Translations under genes and position numbers: made by a program
NCBI RefSeq assembly: GCF_009914755.1
Contig: NC_060946.1
DNA: 64,000 nt
From: the human T2T-CHM13v2.0 reference genome, Homo sapiens
Direction: 5' to 3' (one strand)
The notes under the pieces: model-generated
Database searches by the model: none
The model's input: the letters and a program-made list of their open reading frames with translations, nothing else
What the model was told of the DNA's origin: nothing
Shown: positions 40,401-54,104 of the stretch, in pieces
Layout of the letters: each line of letters begins with the position of its first letter
How positions within the stretch are numbered: position 1 is the first letter of the stretch

Positions 40401-43400
40401 AATATCCCCTCGCAGATTCTACAAAAAGAGTGTTTCAAAACTGCTCTGTAAAAAGAAAGGTTCAACTCTGTTAGTTGAGTACACACATCACAAACAAGTT
40501 TCACAGAATGCTTCTTTCTAGCTTGTAGGGGAAGATATTCCCTTTATCACCATGGGCCTCAAACCGTCCGAAACGTCCACTTCCATATACTACAAAAAGA
40601 GCGTTTCAAACCTGCTCTATGAAAGGCAATGTTCAACTCTGTGACTTGAATGCAGACATCACAGAGCAGTTTCTGAGAATGCTTCTGTCTAGATTTTATA
40701 GGAAGATATTCCCGTTTCCAACAAAATCTTCACAGCTATCCAAATATCCACTTGCAGATTCTACAAAAAGAGTGTATCAAAACTGCTCTGTCAAAAGGAA
40801 GGTTCTTCTCTGTTAGGTGAGTGCATACGTCATAAAGGAGTTTCTGAGAATGTTTCTGTCTAGTGGTTATGGGAAGATATTTGCTTTTTCACCGTAGGCT
40901 TCAGAGCGCTCCAAATATCCACTTGCACATACTACAAAAAGAGTGTTTCAAAGCTGCTCTCTGAAATGGAATGTTCAACTCTATGAGTTGAATGCAAACA
41001 TGACAAAGACGTTTCTGAGAATGCTTCTGTCTAGATTTGATATGAAGATATTCCCGTTTCCAAAGAAATCTTCAAATCTATCCAAATGTCCACTTGCAGA
41101 TTCAACAAAGTGTTTTTCAGAACTGCTCTATCAAAAGAAAGATCCACCTCTGTTAGCTGAGATCACACTTCACAAACAAGTTTATCAGAATGCTTCTGTC
41201 TAGCTTTTATTTGAAGATATATCCTTTCTCACTATAGACCTGAAAGCTCTCCTAAAGTTCACTTCCAGATACTACAGAAAGAGTGTTTCAAAACTGCTGT
41301 ACGAAAGGGAATGTTCAACTCTGTGACTTGAATGCACACATCACAAGGATGTTTCTGAGGATGCTGCTGTCTACTTTTTATACGTAATCCCGTTTCCAAC
41401 GAAATCCTCCAAGCTATCCAAATATCCACTTGCAGATTCCACAGAAAGACTGTTTCAAAACTGCTCTGTCAATAGAAAGGTTCAACTCTATTAGCTGCGT
41501 ACATATATCCCAAAGAAGATTCTGAGATTGCTTCTGTCTAGTTTTTATGGGAAGATATTTCCCTTTTCACCGTAGGTGTCAAGGCGCTCCAAATGTCCAC
41601 TTCCAGATACTACAAAAAGAGTGTTTCAAACCTACTCTGTGAAAGGGAATATTCAACTCTGTGACTTAAAGGCAGATATCACAAAGAAGTTTCTGAGAAT
41701 GCTTCTGTCGAGATTTTATATGAAGATATTCCCCTTTCCAACGAAATCCTGAAATCTATCCAAATATCCCCTCGCAGATTCTACAAAAAGAGTGTTTCAA
41801 AACTGCTCTGTAAAAAGAAAGGTTCAACTCTGTTAGTTGAGTACACACATCACAAACAAGTTTCACAGAATGCTTCTTTCTAGCTTGTAGGGGAAGATAT
41901 TCCCTTTATCACCATGGGCCTCAAACCGTCCGAAACGTCCACTTCCATATACTACAAAAAGAGCGTTTCAAACCTGCTCTATGAAAGGCAATGTTCAACT
42001 CTGTGACTTGAATGCAGACATCACAGAGCAGTTTCTGAGAATGCTTCTGTCTAGATTTTATAGGAAGATATTCCCGTTTCCAGCGAAATCTTCACAGCTA
42101 TCCAAATATCCACTTGCAGATTCTACAAAAAGAGTGTATCAAAACTGCTCTGTCAAAAGGAAGGTTCTTCTCTGTTAGGTGAGTGCATACGTCATAAAGG
42201 AGTTTCTGAGAATGTTTCTGTCTAGTGGTTATGGGAAGATATTTGCTTTTTCACCGTAGGCCTCAGAGCGCTCCAAATATCCACTTGCACATTCTACAAA
42301 AAGAGTGCTTCAAAGCTGCTCTCTGAAACGGAATGTTCAACTCTATGAGTTGAATGCAAACATCACAAAGACGTTTCTGAGAATGCTTCTGTCTAGATTT
42401 GATATGAAGATATTCCCGTTTCCAACGAAATCTTCAAATCTATCCAAATGTCCACTTGCAGATTCAACAAAAAGTGTTTTTCAGAACTGCTCTATCAAAA
42501 GAAAGATCCACGTGTGTTAGCTGAGTTCACACATCACAAACAAGTTTATGAGAATGCTTCTGTCTAGTTTTTATTTGAAGATGTTTCCTTTCTCACCATA
42601 GACCTGAAAGCTGTCCTAATGTTCACTTCCAGATACTACAGAAAGAGTGTTTCAAAACTGCTGTACGAAAGGGAATGTTCAACTCTGTGACTTGAATGCA
42701 CACATCACAAAGAAGTTTCTGAGGATGCTGCTGTCTACTTTTTATACGTAATCCCGTTTCCAACGAAATCCTCCAAGCTATCCAAATATCCACTTGCAGA
42801 TTCCACAGAAAGACTGTTTCAAAACTGCTATGTCAATAGAAAAGTTCAACTCTGTTAGCTGTGTGCATATATCCCAAAGAAAATTCTGAGATTGCTTCTG
42901 TCTAGTTTTTATGGGAAGATATTTCCCTTTTCACCGTAGGCGTCAAGGCGCTCCAAATGTCCACTTCCAGATACTACAAAAAGAGTGTTTCAAACCTACT
43001 CTGTGAAAGGGAATATTCAACTCTGTGACTTGAAGGCAGATATCACAAAGAAGTTTCTGAGAATGCTTCTGTCGAGATTTTATATGAAGATATTCCCCTT
43101 TCCAACGAAATCCTGAAATCTATCCAAATATCCCCTCGCAGATTCTACAAAAAGAGTGTTTCAAAACTGCTCTGTAAAAAGAAAGGTTCAACTCTGTTAG
43201 TTGAGTACACACATCACAAACAAGTTTCACAGAATGCTTCTTTCTAGCTTGTAGGGGAAGATATTCCCTTTATCACCATGGGCCTCAAACCGTCCGAAAC
43301 GTCCACTTCCATATACTACAAAAAGAGTGTTTCAAACCTGCTCTATGAAAGGCAATGTTCAACTCTGTGACTTGAATGCAGACATCACAGAGCAGTTTCT

Positions 43401-46400
43401 GAGAATGCTTCTGTCTACATTTTATAGCAAGATATTCCCGTTTCCAACGAAATCTTCACAGGTATCCAAATATCCACTTGCAGATTCTACAAAAAGAGTG
43501 TATCAAAACTGCTCTGTCAAAAGGAAGGTTCTTCTCTGTTAGGTGAGTGCATACGTCATAAAGGAGTTTCTGAGAATGTTTCTGTCTAGTGGTTATGGGA
43601 AGATATTTGCTTTTTCACCGTAGGCCTCAGAGCGCTCCAAATATCCACTTGCACATACTACAAAAAGAGTGCATCAAAGCTGCTCTCTGAAACGGAATGT
43701 TCAACTCTATGAGTTGAATGCAAACATGACAAAGACGTTTCTGAGAATGCTTCTGTCTAGATTTGATATGAAGATATTCCCGTTTCCAACGAAATCTTCA
43801 AATCTATCCAAATGTCCACTTGCAGATTCAACAAAGTGTTTTTCAGAACTGCTCTATCAAAAGAAAGATCCACCTCTGTTAGCTGAGTTCACACTTCAAA
43901 AACAAGTTTATCAGAATGCTTCTGTCTAGTTTTTATTTGAAGATATATCCTTTCTCACTATAGACCTGAAAGCTGTCCTAATGTTCACTTCCAGATACTA
44001 CAGAAAGAGTGTTTCAAAACTGCTGTACGAAAGGGAATGTTCAACTCTGTGACTTGAATGCACACATCACAAAGTAGTTTCTGAGGATGCTGCTGTCTAC
44101 TTTTTGTACGTAATCCCGTTTCCAAGGAAATCCTCCAAGCTATCCAAATATCCACTTGCAGATTCCACAGAAAGACTGTTTCAAAACTGCTCTGTCAATA
44201 GAAAGGTTCAACTCTCTTAGTTGCGTGCATATATCCCAAAGAAGATTCTGAGATTGCTTCTGTCTTGTTTTTATGGGAAGATATTTCCCTTTTCACCGTA
44301 GGTGTCAAGGCGCTCCAAATGTCCACTTCCAGATACTACAGAAAGAGTGTTTCAAACCTACTCTGTGAAAGGGAATATTCAACTCTGTGACTTGAAGGCA
44401 GATATCACAAAGAAGTTTCTGAGAATGCTTCTGTCCAGATTTTATATGAAGATATTCCCCTTTCCAACGAAATCCTGAAATCTATCCAAATATCCCCTCG
44501 CAGATTCTACAAAAAGAGTGTTTCAAAACTGCTCTGTAAAAAGAAAGGTTCAACTCTGTTAGTTGAGTACACACATCACAAACAAGTTTCACAGAATGCT
44601 TCTTTCTAGCTTGTAGGGGAAGATATTCCCTTTATCACCGTGGGCCTCAAACCGTCCGAAACGTCCACTTCCATATACTACAAAAAGAGCGTTTCAAACC
44701 TGCTCTATGAAAGGCAATGTTCAACTCTGTGACTTGAATGCAGACATCACAGAGCAGTTTCTGAGAATGCTTCTGTCTAGATTTTATAGGAAGATATTCC
44801 CGTTTCCAACAAAATCTTCACAGCTATCCAAATATCCACTTGCAGATTCTACAAAAAGAGTGTATCAAAACTGCTCTGTCAAAAGGAAGGTTCTTCTCTG
44901 TTAGGTGAGTGCATACGTCATAAAGGAGTTTCTGAGAATGTTTCTGTCTAGTGGTTATGGGAAGATATTTGCTTTTTCACCGTAGGCCTCAGAGCGCTCC
45001 AAATATCCACTTGCACATACTACAAAAAGAGTGTTTCAAAGCTGCTCTCTGAAAGGGAATGTTCAACTCTATGAGTTGAATGCAAACATGACAAAGACGT
45101 TTCTGAGAATGCTTCTGTCTAGATTTGATATGAAGATATTCCCGTTTCCAAAGAAATCTTCAAATCTATCCAAATGTCCACTTGCAGATTCAACAAAGTG
45201 TTTTTCAGAACTGCTCTATCAAAAGAAAGATCCACCTCTGTTAGCTGAGATCACACTTCACAAACAAGTTTATCAGAATGCTTCTGTCTAGCTTTTATTT
45301 GAAGATATATCCTTTCTCACTATAGACCTGAAAGCTCTCCTAAAGTTCACTTCCAGATACTACAGAAAGAGTGTTTCAAAACTGCTGTATGAAAGGGAAT
45401 GTTCAACTCTGTGACTTGAATGCACACATCACAAGGATGTTTCTGAGGATGCTGCTGTCTACTTTTTATACGTAATCCCGTTTCCAACGAAATCCTCCAA
45501 GCTATCCAAATATCCACTTGCAGATTCCACAGAAAGACTGTTTCAAAACTGCTCTGTCAATAGAAAGTTTCAACTCTATTAGCTGCGTACATATATCCCA
45601 AAGAAGATTCTGAGATTGCTTCTGTCTAGTTTTTATGGGAAGATATTTCCCTTTTCACCGTAGGTGTCAAGGCGCTCCAAATGTCCACTTCCAGATACTA
45701 CAAAAAGAGTGTTTCAAACCTACTCTGTGAAAGGGAATATTCAACTCTGTGACTTAAAGGCAGATATCACAAAGAAGTTTCTGAGAATGCTTCTGTCGAG
45801 ATTTTATATGAAGATATTCCCCTTTCCAACGAAATCCTGAAATCTATCCAAATATCCCCTCGCAGATTCTACAAAAAGAGTGTTTCAAAACTGCTCTGTA
45901 AAAAGAAAGGTTCAACTCTGTTAGTTGAGTACACACATCACAAACAAGTTTCACAGAATGCTTCTTTCTAGCTTGTAGGGGAAGATATTCCCTTTATCAC
46001 CATGGGCCTCAAACCGTCCGAAACGTCCACTTCCATATACTACAAAAAGAGTGTTTCAAACCTGCTCTATGAAAGGCAATGTTCAACTCTGTGACTTGAA
46101 TGCAGACATCACAGAGCAGTTTCTGAGAATGCTTCTGTCTAGATTTTATAGGAAGATATTCCCGTTTCCAACGAAATCTTCACAGGTATCCAAATATCCA
46201 CTTGCAGATTCTACAAAAAGAGTGTATCAAAACTGCTCTGTCAAAAGGAAGGTTCTTCTCTGTTAGGTGAGTGCATACGTCATAAAGGAGTTTCTGAGAA
46301 TGTTTCTGTCTAGTGGTTATGGGAAGATATTTGCTTTTTCACCGTAGGCCTCAGAGCGCTCCAAATATCCACTTGCACATACTACAAAAAGAGTGCTTCA

Positions 46401-49400
46401 AAGCTGCTCTCTGAAACGGAATGTTCAACTCTATGAGTTGAATGCAAACATGACAAAGACGTTTCTGAGAATGCTTCTGTCTAGATTTGATATGAAGATA
46501 TTCCCGTTTCCAACGAAATCTTCAAATCTATCCAAATGTCCACTTGCAGATTCAACAAAGTGTTTTTCAGAACTGCTCTATCAAAAGAAAGATCCACCTC
46601 TGTTAGCTGAGTTCACACTTCACAAACAAGTTTATCAGAATGCTTCTGTCTAGTTTTTATTTGAAGATATATCCTTTCTCACTATAGACCTGAAAGCTGT
46701 CCTAATGTTCACTTCCAGATACTACAGAAAGAGTGTTTCAAAACTGCTCTACGAAAGGGAATGTTCAACTCTGTGACTTGAATGCACACATCACAAAGTA
46801 GTTTCTGAGGATGCTGCTGTCTACTTTTTATACGTAATCCCGTTTCCAAGGAAATCCTCCAAGCTATCCAAATATCCACTTGCAGATTCCACAGAAAGAC
46901 TGTTTCAAAACTGCTATGTCAATAGAAAGGTTCAACTCTGTTAGCTGCGTGCATATATCCCAAAGAAGATTCTGAGATTGCTTCTGTCTAGTTTTTATGG
47001 GAAGATATTTCCCTTTTCACCGTAGGTGTCAAGGCGCTCCAAATGTCCACTTCCAGATACTACAAAAAGAGTGTTTCAAACCTACTCTGAGAAAGGGAAT
47101 ATTCAACTCTGTGACTTGAAGGCAGATATCACAAAGAAGTTTCTGAGAATGCTTCTGTCAAGATTTTATATGAAGATATTCCCGTTTCCAACGAAATCCT
47201 GAAATCTATCCAAATATCCCCTCGCAGATTCTACAAAAAGAGTGTTTCAAAACTGCTCTGTAAAAAGAAAGGTTCAACTCTGATAGTTGAGTACACACAT
47301 CACAAACAAGTTTCACAGAATGCTTCTTTCTAGCTTGTAGGGGAAGATATTCCCTTTATCACCATGGGCCTCAAACCGTCCGAAACGTCCACTTCCATAT
47401 ACTACAAAAAGAGCGTTTCAAACCTGCTCTATGAAAGGCAATGTTCAACTCTGTGACTTGAATGCAGACATCACAGAGCAGTTTCTGAGAAAGCTTCTGT
47501 CTAGATTTTATAGGAAGATATTCCCGTTTCCAACAAAATCTTCACAGCTATCCAAATATCCACTTGCAGATTCTACAAAAAGAGTGTATCAAAACTGCTC
47601 TGTCAAAAGGAAGGTTCTTCTCTGTTAGGTGAGTGCATACGTCATAAAGGAGTCTCTGAGAATGTTTCTGTCTAGTGGTTATGGGAAGATATTTGCTTTT
47701 TCACCGTAGGCCTCAGAGCGCTCCAAATATCCACTTGCACATACTACAAAAAGAGTGTTTCAAAGCTGTTCTCTGAAAGGGAATGTTCAACTCTATGAGT
47801 TGAATGCAAACATGACAAAGACGTTTCTGAGAATGCTTCTGTCTAGATTTCATATGAAGATATTCCTGTTTCCAAAGAAATCTTCAAATCTATCCAAATG
47901 TCCACTTGCAGATTCAACAAAGTGTTTTTCAGAACTGCTCTATCAAAAGAAAGATCCACCTCTGTTAGCTGAGATCACACTTCACAAACAAGTTTATCAG
48001 AATGCTTCTGTCTAGTTTTTATTTGAAGATATATCCTTTCTCACTATAGACCTGAAAGCTCTCCTAAAGTTCACTTCCAGATACTACAGAAAGAGTGTTT
48101 CAAAACTGCTGTACGAAAGGGAATGTTCAACTCTGTGACTTGAATGCACACATCACAAGGATGTTTCTGAGGATGCTGCTGTCTACTTTTTATACGTAAT
48201 CCCGTTTCCAACGAAATCCTCCAAGCTATCCAAATATCCACTTGCAGATTCCACAGAAAGACTGTTTCAAAACTGCTCTGTCAATAGAAAGGTTCAACTC
48301 TATTAGCTGCGTACATATATCCCGAAGAAGATTCTGAGATTGCTTCTGTCTAGTTTTTATGGGAAGATATTTCCCTTTTCACCGTAGGTGTCAAGGCGCT
48401 CCAAATGTCCACTTCCAGATACTACAAAAAGAGTGTTTCAAACCTACTCTGTGAAAGGGAATATTCAACTCTGTGACTTAAAGGCAGATATCACAAAGAA
48501 GTTTCTGAGAATGCTTCTGTCGAGATTTTATATGAAGATATTCCCCTTTCCAACGAAATCCTGAAATCTATCCAAATATCCCCTCGCAGATTCTACAAAA
48601 AGAGTGTTTCAAAACTGCTCTGTAAAAAGAAAGGTTCAACTCTGTTAGTTGAGTACACACATCACAAACAAGTTTCACAGAATGCTTCTTTCTAGCTTGT
48701 AGGGGAAGATATTCCCTTTATCACCATGGGCCTCAAACCGTCCGAAACGTCCACTTCCATATACTACAAAAAGAGTGTTTCAAACCTGCTCTATGAAAGG
48801 CAATGTTCAACTCTGTGACTTGAATGCAGACATCACAGAGCAGTTTCTGAGAATGCTTCTGTCTAGATTTTATACGAAGATATTCCCGTTTCCAACGAAA
48901 TCTTCACAGCTATCCAAATATCCACTTGCAGATTCTACAAAAAGAGTGTATCAAAACTGCTCTGTCAAAAGGAAGGTTCTTCTCTGTTAGGTGAGTGCAT
49001 ACGTCATAAAGGAGTTTCTGAGAATGTTTCTGTCTAGTGGTTATGGGAAGATATTTGCTTTTTCACCGTAGGCCTCAGAGCGCTCCAAATATCCACTTGC
49101 ACATACTACAAAAAGAGTGCTTCAAAGCTGCTCTCTGAAACGGAATGTTCAACTCTATGAGTTGAATGCAAACATGACAAAGACGTTTCTGAGAATGCTT
49201 CTGTCTAGATTTGATATGAAGATATTCCCGTTTCCAACGAAATCTTCAAATCTATCCAAATGTCCACTTGCAGATTCAACAAAGTGTTTTTCAGAACTGC
49301 TCTATCAAAAGAAAGATCCACCTCTGTTAGCTGAGTTCACACTTCACAAACAAGTTTATCAGAATGCTTCTGTCTAGTTTTTATTTGAAGATATATCCTT

Positions 49401-52400
49401 TCTCACTATAGACCTGAAAGCTGTCCTAATGTTCACTTCCAGATACTACAGAAAGAGTGTTTCAAAACTGCTGTACGAAAGGGAATGTTCAACTCTGTGA
49501 CTTGAATGCACACATCACAAAGTAGTTTCTGAGGATGCTGCTGTCTACTTTTTATACGTAATCCCGTTTCCAAGGAAATCATCCAAGCTATCCAAATATC
49601 CACTTGCAGATTCCACAGAAAGACTGTTTCAAAACTGCTCTGTCAATAGAAAGGTTCAACTCTGTTAGCTGCGTGCATATATCCCAAAGAAGATTCTGAG
49701 ATTGCTTCTGTCTAGTTTTTATGGGAAGATATTTCCCTTTTCACCGTAGGTGTCAAGGCGCTCCAAATGTCCACTTCCAGATACTACAAAAAGAGTGTTT
49801 CAAACCTACTCTGAGAAAGGGAATATTCAACTCTGTGACTTGAAGGCAGATATCACAAAGAAGTTTCTGAGAATGCTTCTGTCCAGATTTTATATGAAGA
49901 TATTCCCCTTTCCAACGAAATCCTGAAATCTATCCAAATATCCCCTCGCAGATTCTACAAAAAGAGTGTTTCAAAACTGCTCTGTAAAAAGAAAGGTTCA
50001 ACTCTGTTAGTTGAGTACACACATCACAAACAAGTTTCACAGAATGCTTCTTTCTAGCTTGTAGGGGAAGATATTCCCTTTATCACCATGGGCCTCAAAC
50101 CGTCCGAAACGTCCACTTCCATATACTACAAAAAGAGCGTTTCAAACCTGCTCTATGAAAGGCAATGTTCAACTCTGTGACTTGAATGCAGACATCACAG
50201 AGCAGTTTCTGAGAATGCTTCTGTCTAGATTTTATAGGAAGATATTCCCGTTTCCAACAAAATCTTCACAGCTATCCAAATATCCACTTGCAGATTCTAC
50301 AAAAAGAGTGTATCAAAACTGCTCTGTCAAAAGGAAGGTTCTTCTCTGTTAGGTGAGTGCATACGTCATAAAGGAGTTTCTGAAAATGTTTCTGTCTAGT
50401 GGTTATGGGAAGATATTTGCTTTTTCACCGTAGGCCTCAGAGCGCTCCAAATATCCACTTGCACATACTACAAAAAGAGTGTTTCAAAGCTGCTCTCTGA
50501 AAGGGAATGTTCAACTCTATGAGTTGAAGGCAAACATGACAAAGACGTTTCTGAGAATGCTTCTGTCTAGATTTGATATGAAGATATTCCCGTTTCCAAC
50601 GAAATCTTCAAATCTATCCAAATGTCCACTTGCAGATTCAACAAAGTGTTTTTCAGAACTGCTCTATCAAAAGAAAGATCCACCTCTGTTAGCTGAGATC
50701 ACACTTCACAAACAAGTTTATCAGAATGCTTCTGTCTAGTTTTTATTTGAAGATATATCCTTTCTCACTATAGACCTGAAAGCTCTCCTAAAGTTCACTT
50801 CCAGATACTACAGAAAGAGTGTTTCAAAACTGCTGTACGAAAGGGAATGTTCATCTCTGTGACTTGAATGCACACATCACAAGGATGTTTCTGAGGATGC
50901 TGCTGTCTACTTTTTATACGTAATCCCGTTTCCAACGAAATCCTCCAAGCTATCCAAATATCCACTTGCAGATTCCACAGAAAGACTGTTTCAAAACTGC
51001 TCTGTCAATAGAAAGGTTCAACTCTATTAGCTGCGTACATATATCCCAAAGAAGATTCTGAGATTGCTTCTGTCTAGTTTTTATGGGAAGATATTTCCCT
51101 TTTCACCGTAGGTCTCAAGGGGCTCCAAATGTCCACTTCCAGATACTACAAAAAGAGTGTTTCAAACCTACTCTGTGAAAGGGAATATTCAACTCTGTGA
51201 CTTAAAGGCAGATATCACAAAGAAGTTTCTGAGAATGCTTCTGTCGAGATTTTATATGAAGATATTCCCCTTTCCAACGAAATCCTGAAATCTATCCAAA
51301 TATCCCCTCGCAGATTCTACAAAAAGAGTGTTTCAAAACTGCTCTGTAAAAAGAAAGGTTCAACTCTGTTAGTTGAGTACACACATCACAAACAAGTTTC
51401 ACAGAATGCTTCTTTCTAGCTTGTAGGGGAAGATATTCCCTTTATCACCATGGGCCTCAAACCGTCCGAAACGTCCACTTCCATATACTACAAAAAGAGT
51501 GTTTCAAACCTGCTCTATGAAAGGCAATGTTCAACTCTGTGACTTGAATGCAGACATCACAGAGCAGTTTCTGAGAATGCTTCTGTCTAGATTTTATAGG
51601 AAGATATTCCCGTTTCCAACGAAATCTTCACAGGTATCCAAATATCCACTTGCAGATTCTACAAAAAGAGTGTATCAAAACTGCTCTGTCAAAAGGAAGG
51701 TTCTTCTCTGTTAGGTGAGTGCATACGTCATAAAGGAGTTTCTGAGAATGTTTCTGTCTAGTGGTTATGGGAAGATATTTGCTTTATCACCGTAGGCCTC
51801 AGAGCGCTCCAAATATCCGCTTGCACATACTACAAAAAGAGTGCTTCAAAGCTGCTCTCTGAAACGGAATGTTCAACTCTATGAGTTGAATGCAAACATC
51901 ACAAAGACGTTTCTGAGAATGCTTCTGTCTAGATTTGATATGAAGATATTCCCGTTTCCAACGAAATCTTCAAATCTATCCAAATGTCCACTTGCAGATT
52001 CAACAAAAAGTGTTTTTCAGAACTGCTCTATCAAAAGAAAGATCCACGTGTGTTAGCTGAGTTCACACATCACAAACAAGTTTATGAGAATGCTTCTGTC
52101 TAGTTTTTATTTGAAGATGTTTCCTTTCTCACCATAGACCTGAAAGCTGTCCTAATGTTCACTTCCAGATACTACAGAAAGAGTGTTTCAAAACTGCTGT
52201 ACGAAAGGGAATGTTCAACTCTGTGACTTGAATGCACACATCACAAAGAAGTTTCTGAGGATGCTGCTGTCTACTTTTTATACGTAATCCCGTTTCCAAC
52301 GAAATCCTCCAAGCTATCCAAATATCCACTTGCAGATTCCACAGAAAGACTGTTTCAAAACTGCTATGTCAATAGAAAAGTTCAACTCTGTTAGCTGTGT

Positions 52401-53078
52401 GCATATATCCCAAAGAAAATTCTGAGATTGCTTCTGTCTAGTTTTTATGGGAAGATATTTCCCTTTTCACCGTAGGCGTCAAGGCGCTCCAAATGTCCAC
52501 TTTCAGATACTACAAAAAGAGTGTTTCAAACCTACTCTGTGAAAGGGAATATTCAACTCTGTGACTTGAATGCAGATATCACAAAGAAGTTTCTGAGAAT
52601 GCTTCTGTCGAGATTTTATATGAAGATATTCCCCTTTCCAACGAAATCCTGAAATCTATCCAAATATCCCCTCGCAGATTCTACAAAAAGAGTGTTTCAA
52701 AACTGCTCTGTAAAAAGAAAGGTTCAACTCTGTTAGTTGAGTACACACATCACAAACAAGTTTCACAGAATGCTTCTTTCTAGCTTGTAGGGGAAGATAT
52801 TCCCTTTATCGCCATGGGCCTCAAACCGTCCGAAACGTCCACTTCCATATACTACAAAAAGAGTGTTTCAAACCTGCTCTATGAAAGGCAATGTTCAACT
52901 CTGTGACTTGAATGCAGACATCACAGAGCAGTTTCTGAGAATGCTTCTGTCTAGATTTTATAGGAAGATATTCCCGTTTCCAACGAAATCTTCACAGGTA
53001 TCCAAATATCCACTTGCAGATTCTACAAAAAGAGTGTATCAAAACTGCTCTGTCAAAAGGAAGGTTCTTCTCTGTTAG

Positions 53079-54104
53079 GTGAGTGCATACGTCATAAAGG
53101 AGTTTCTGAGAATGTTTCTGTCTAGTGGTTATGGGAAGATATTTGCTTTTTCACCGTAGGCCTCAGAGCGCTCCAAATATCCACTTGCACATACTACAAA
53201 AAGAGTGCTTCAAAGCTGCTCTCTGAAACGGAATGTTCAACTCTATGAGTTGAATGCAAACATCACAAAGACGTTTCTGAGAATGCTTCTGTCTAGATTT
53301 GATATGAAGATATTCCCGTTTCCAACGAAATCTTCAAATCTATCCAAATGTCCTCTTGCAGATTCAACAAAAAGTGTTTTTCAGAACTGCTCTATCAAAA
53401 GAAAGATCCACGTGTGTTAGCTGAGTTCACACATCACGAACAAGTTTATGAGAATGCTTCTGTCTAGTTTTTATTTGAAGATATTTCCTTTCTCACCATA
53501 GACCTGAAAGCTGTCCTAATGTTCACTTCCAGATACTACAGAAAGAGAGTTTCAAAACTGCTGTACGAAAGGGAATGTTCAACTCTGTGACTTGAATGCA
53601 CACATCACAAAGAAGTTTCTGAGAATGCTTCTGTCGAGATTTTATATGAAGATATTCCCCTTTCCAACGAAATCCTGAAATCTATCCAAATATCCCCTCG
53701 CAGATTCTACAAAAAGAGTGTTTCAAAACTGCTCTGTAAAAAGAAAGGTTCAACTCTGTTAGTTGAGTACACACATCACAAACAAGTTTCACAGAATGCT
53801 TCTTTCTAGCTTGTAGGGGAAGATATTCCCTTTATCACCATGGGCCTCAAACCGTCCGAAACGTCCACTTCCATATACTACAAAAAGAGCGTTTCAAACC
53901 TGCTCTATGAAAGGCAATGTTCAACTCTGTGACTTGAATGCAGACATCACAGAGCAGTTTCTGAGAATGCTTCTGTCTAGATTTTATACGAAGATATTCC
54001 CGTTTCCAACGAAATCTTCGCAGCTATCCAAATATCCACTTGCAGATTCTACAAAAAGAGTGTATCAAAACTGCTCTGTCAAAAGGAAGGTTCTTCTCTG
54101 TTAG
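53079..54104. repeat. 6-mer HOR deletion variant (1026 bp)
   Basis: gaatgcacacatcacaaagaagtttctgag joins directly to aatgcttctgtcgag at ~53604-53640, so 338 bp (two monomers) are missing. Confidence 0.92.
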
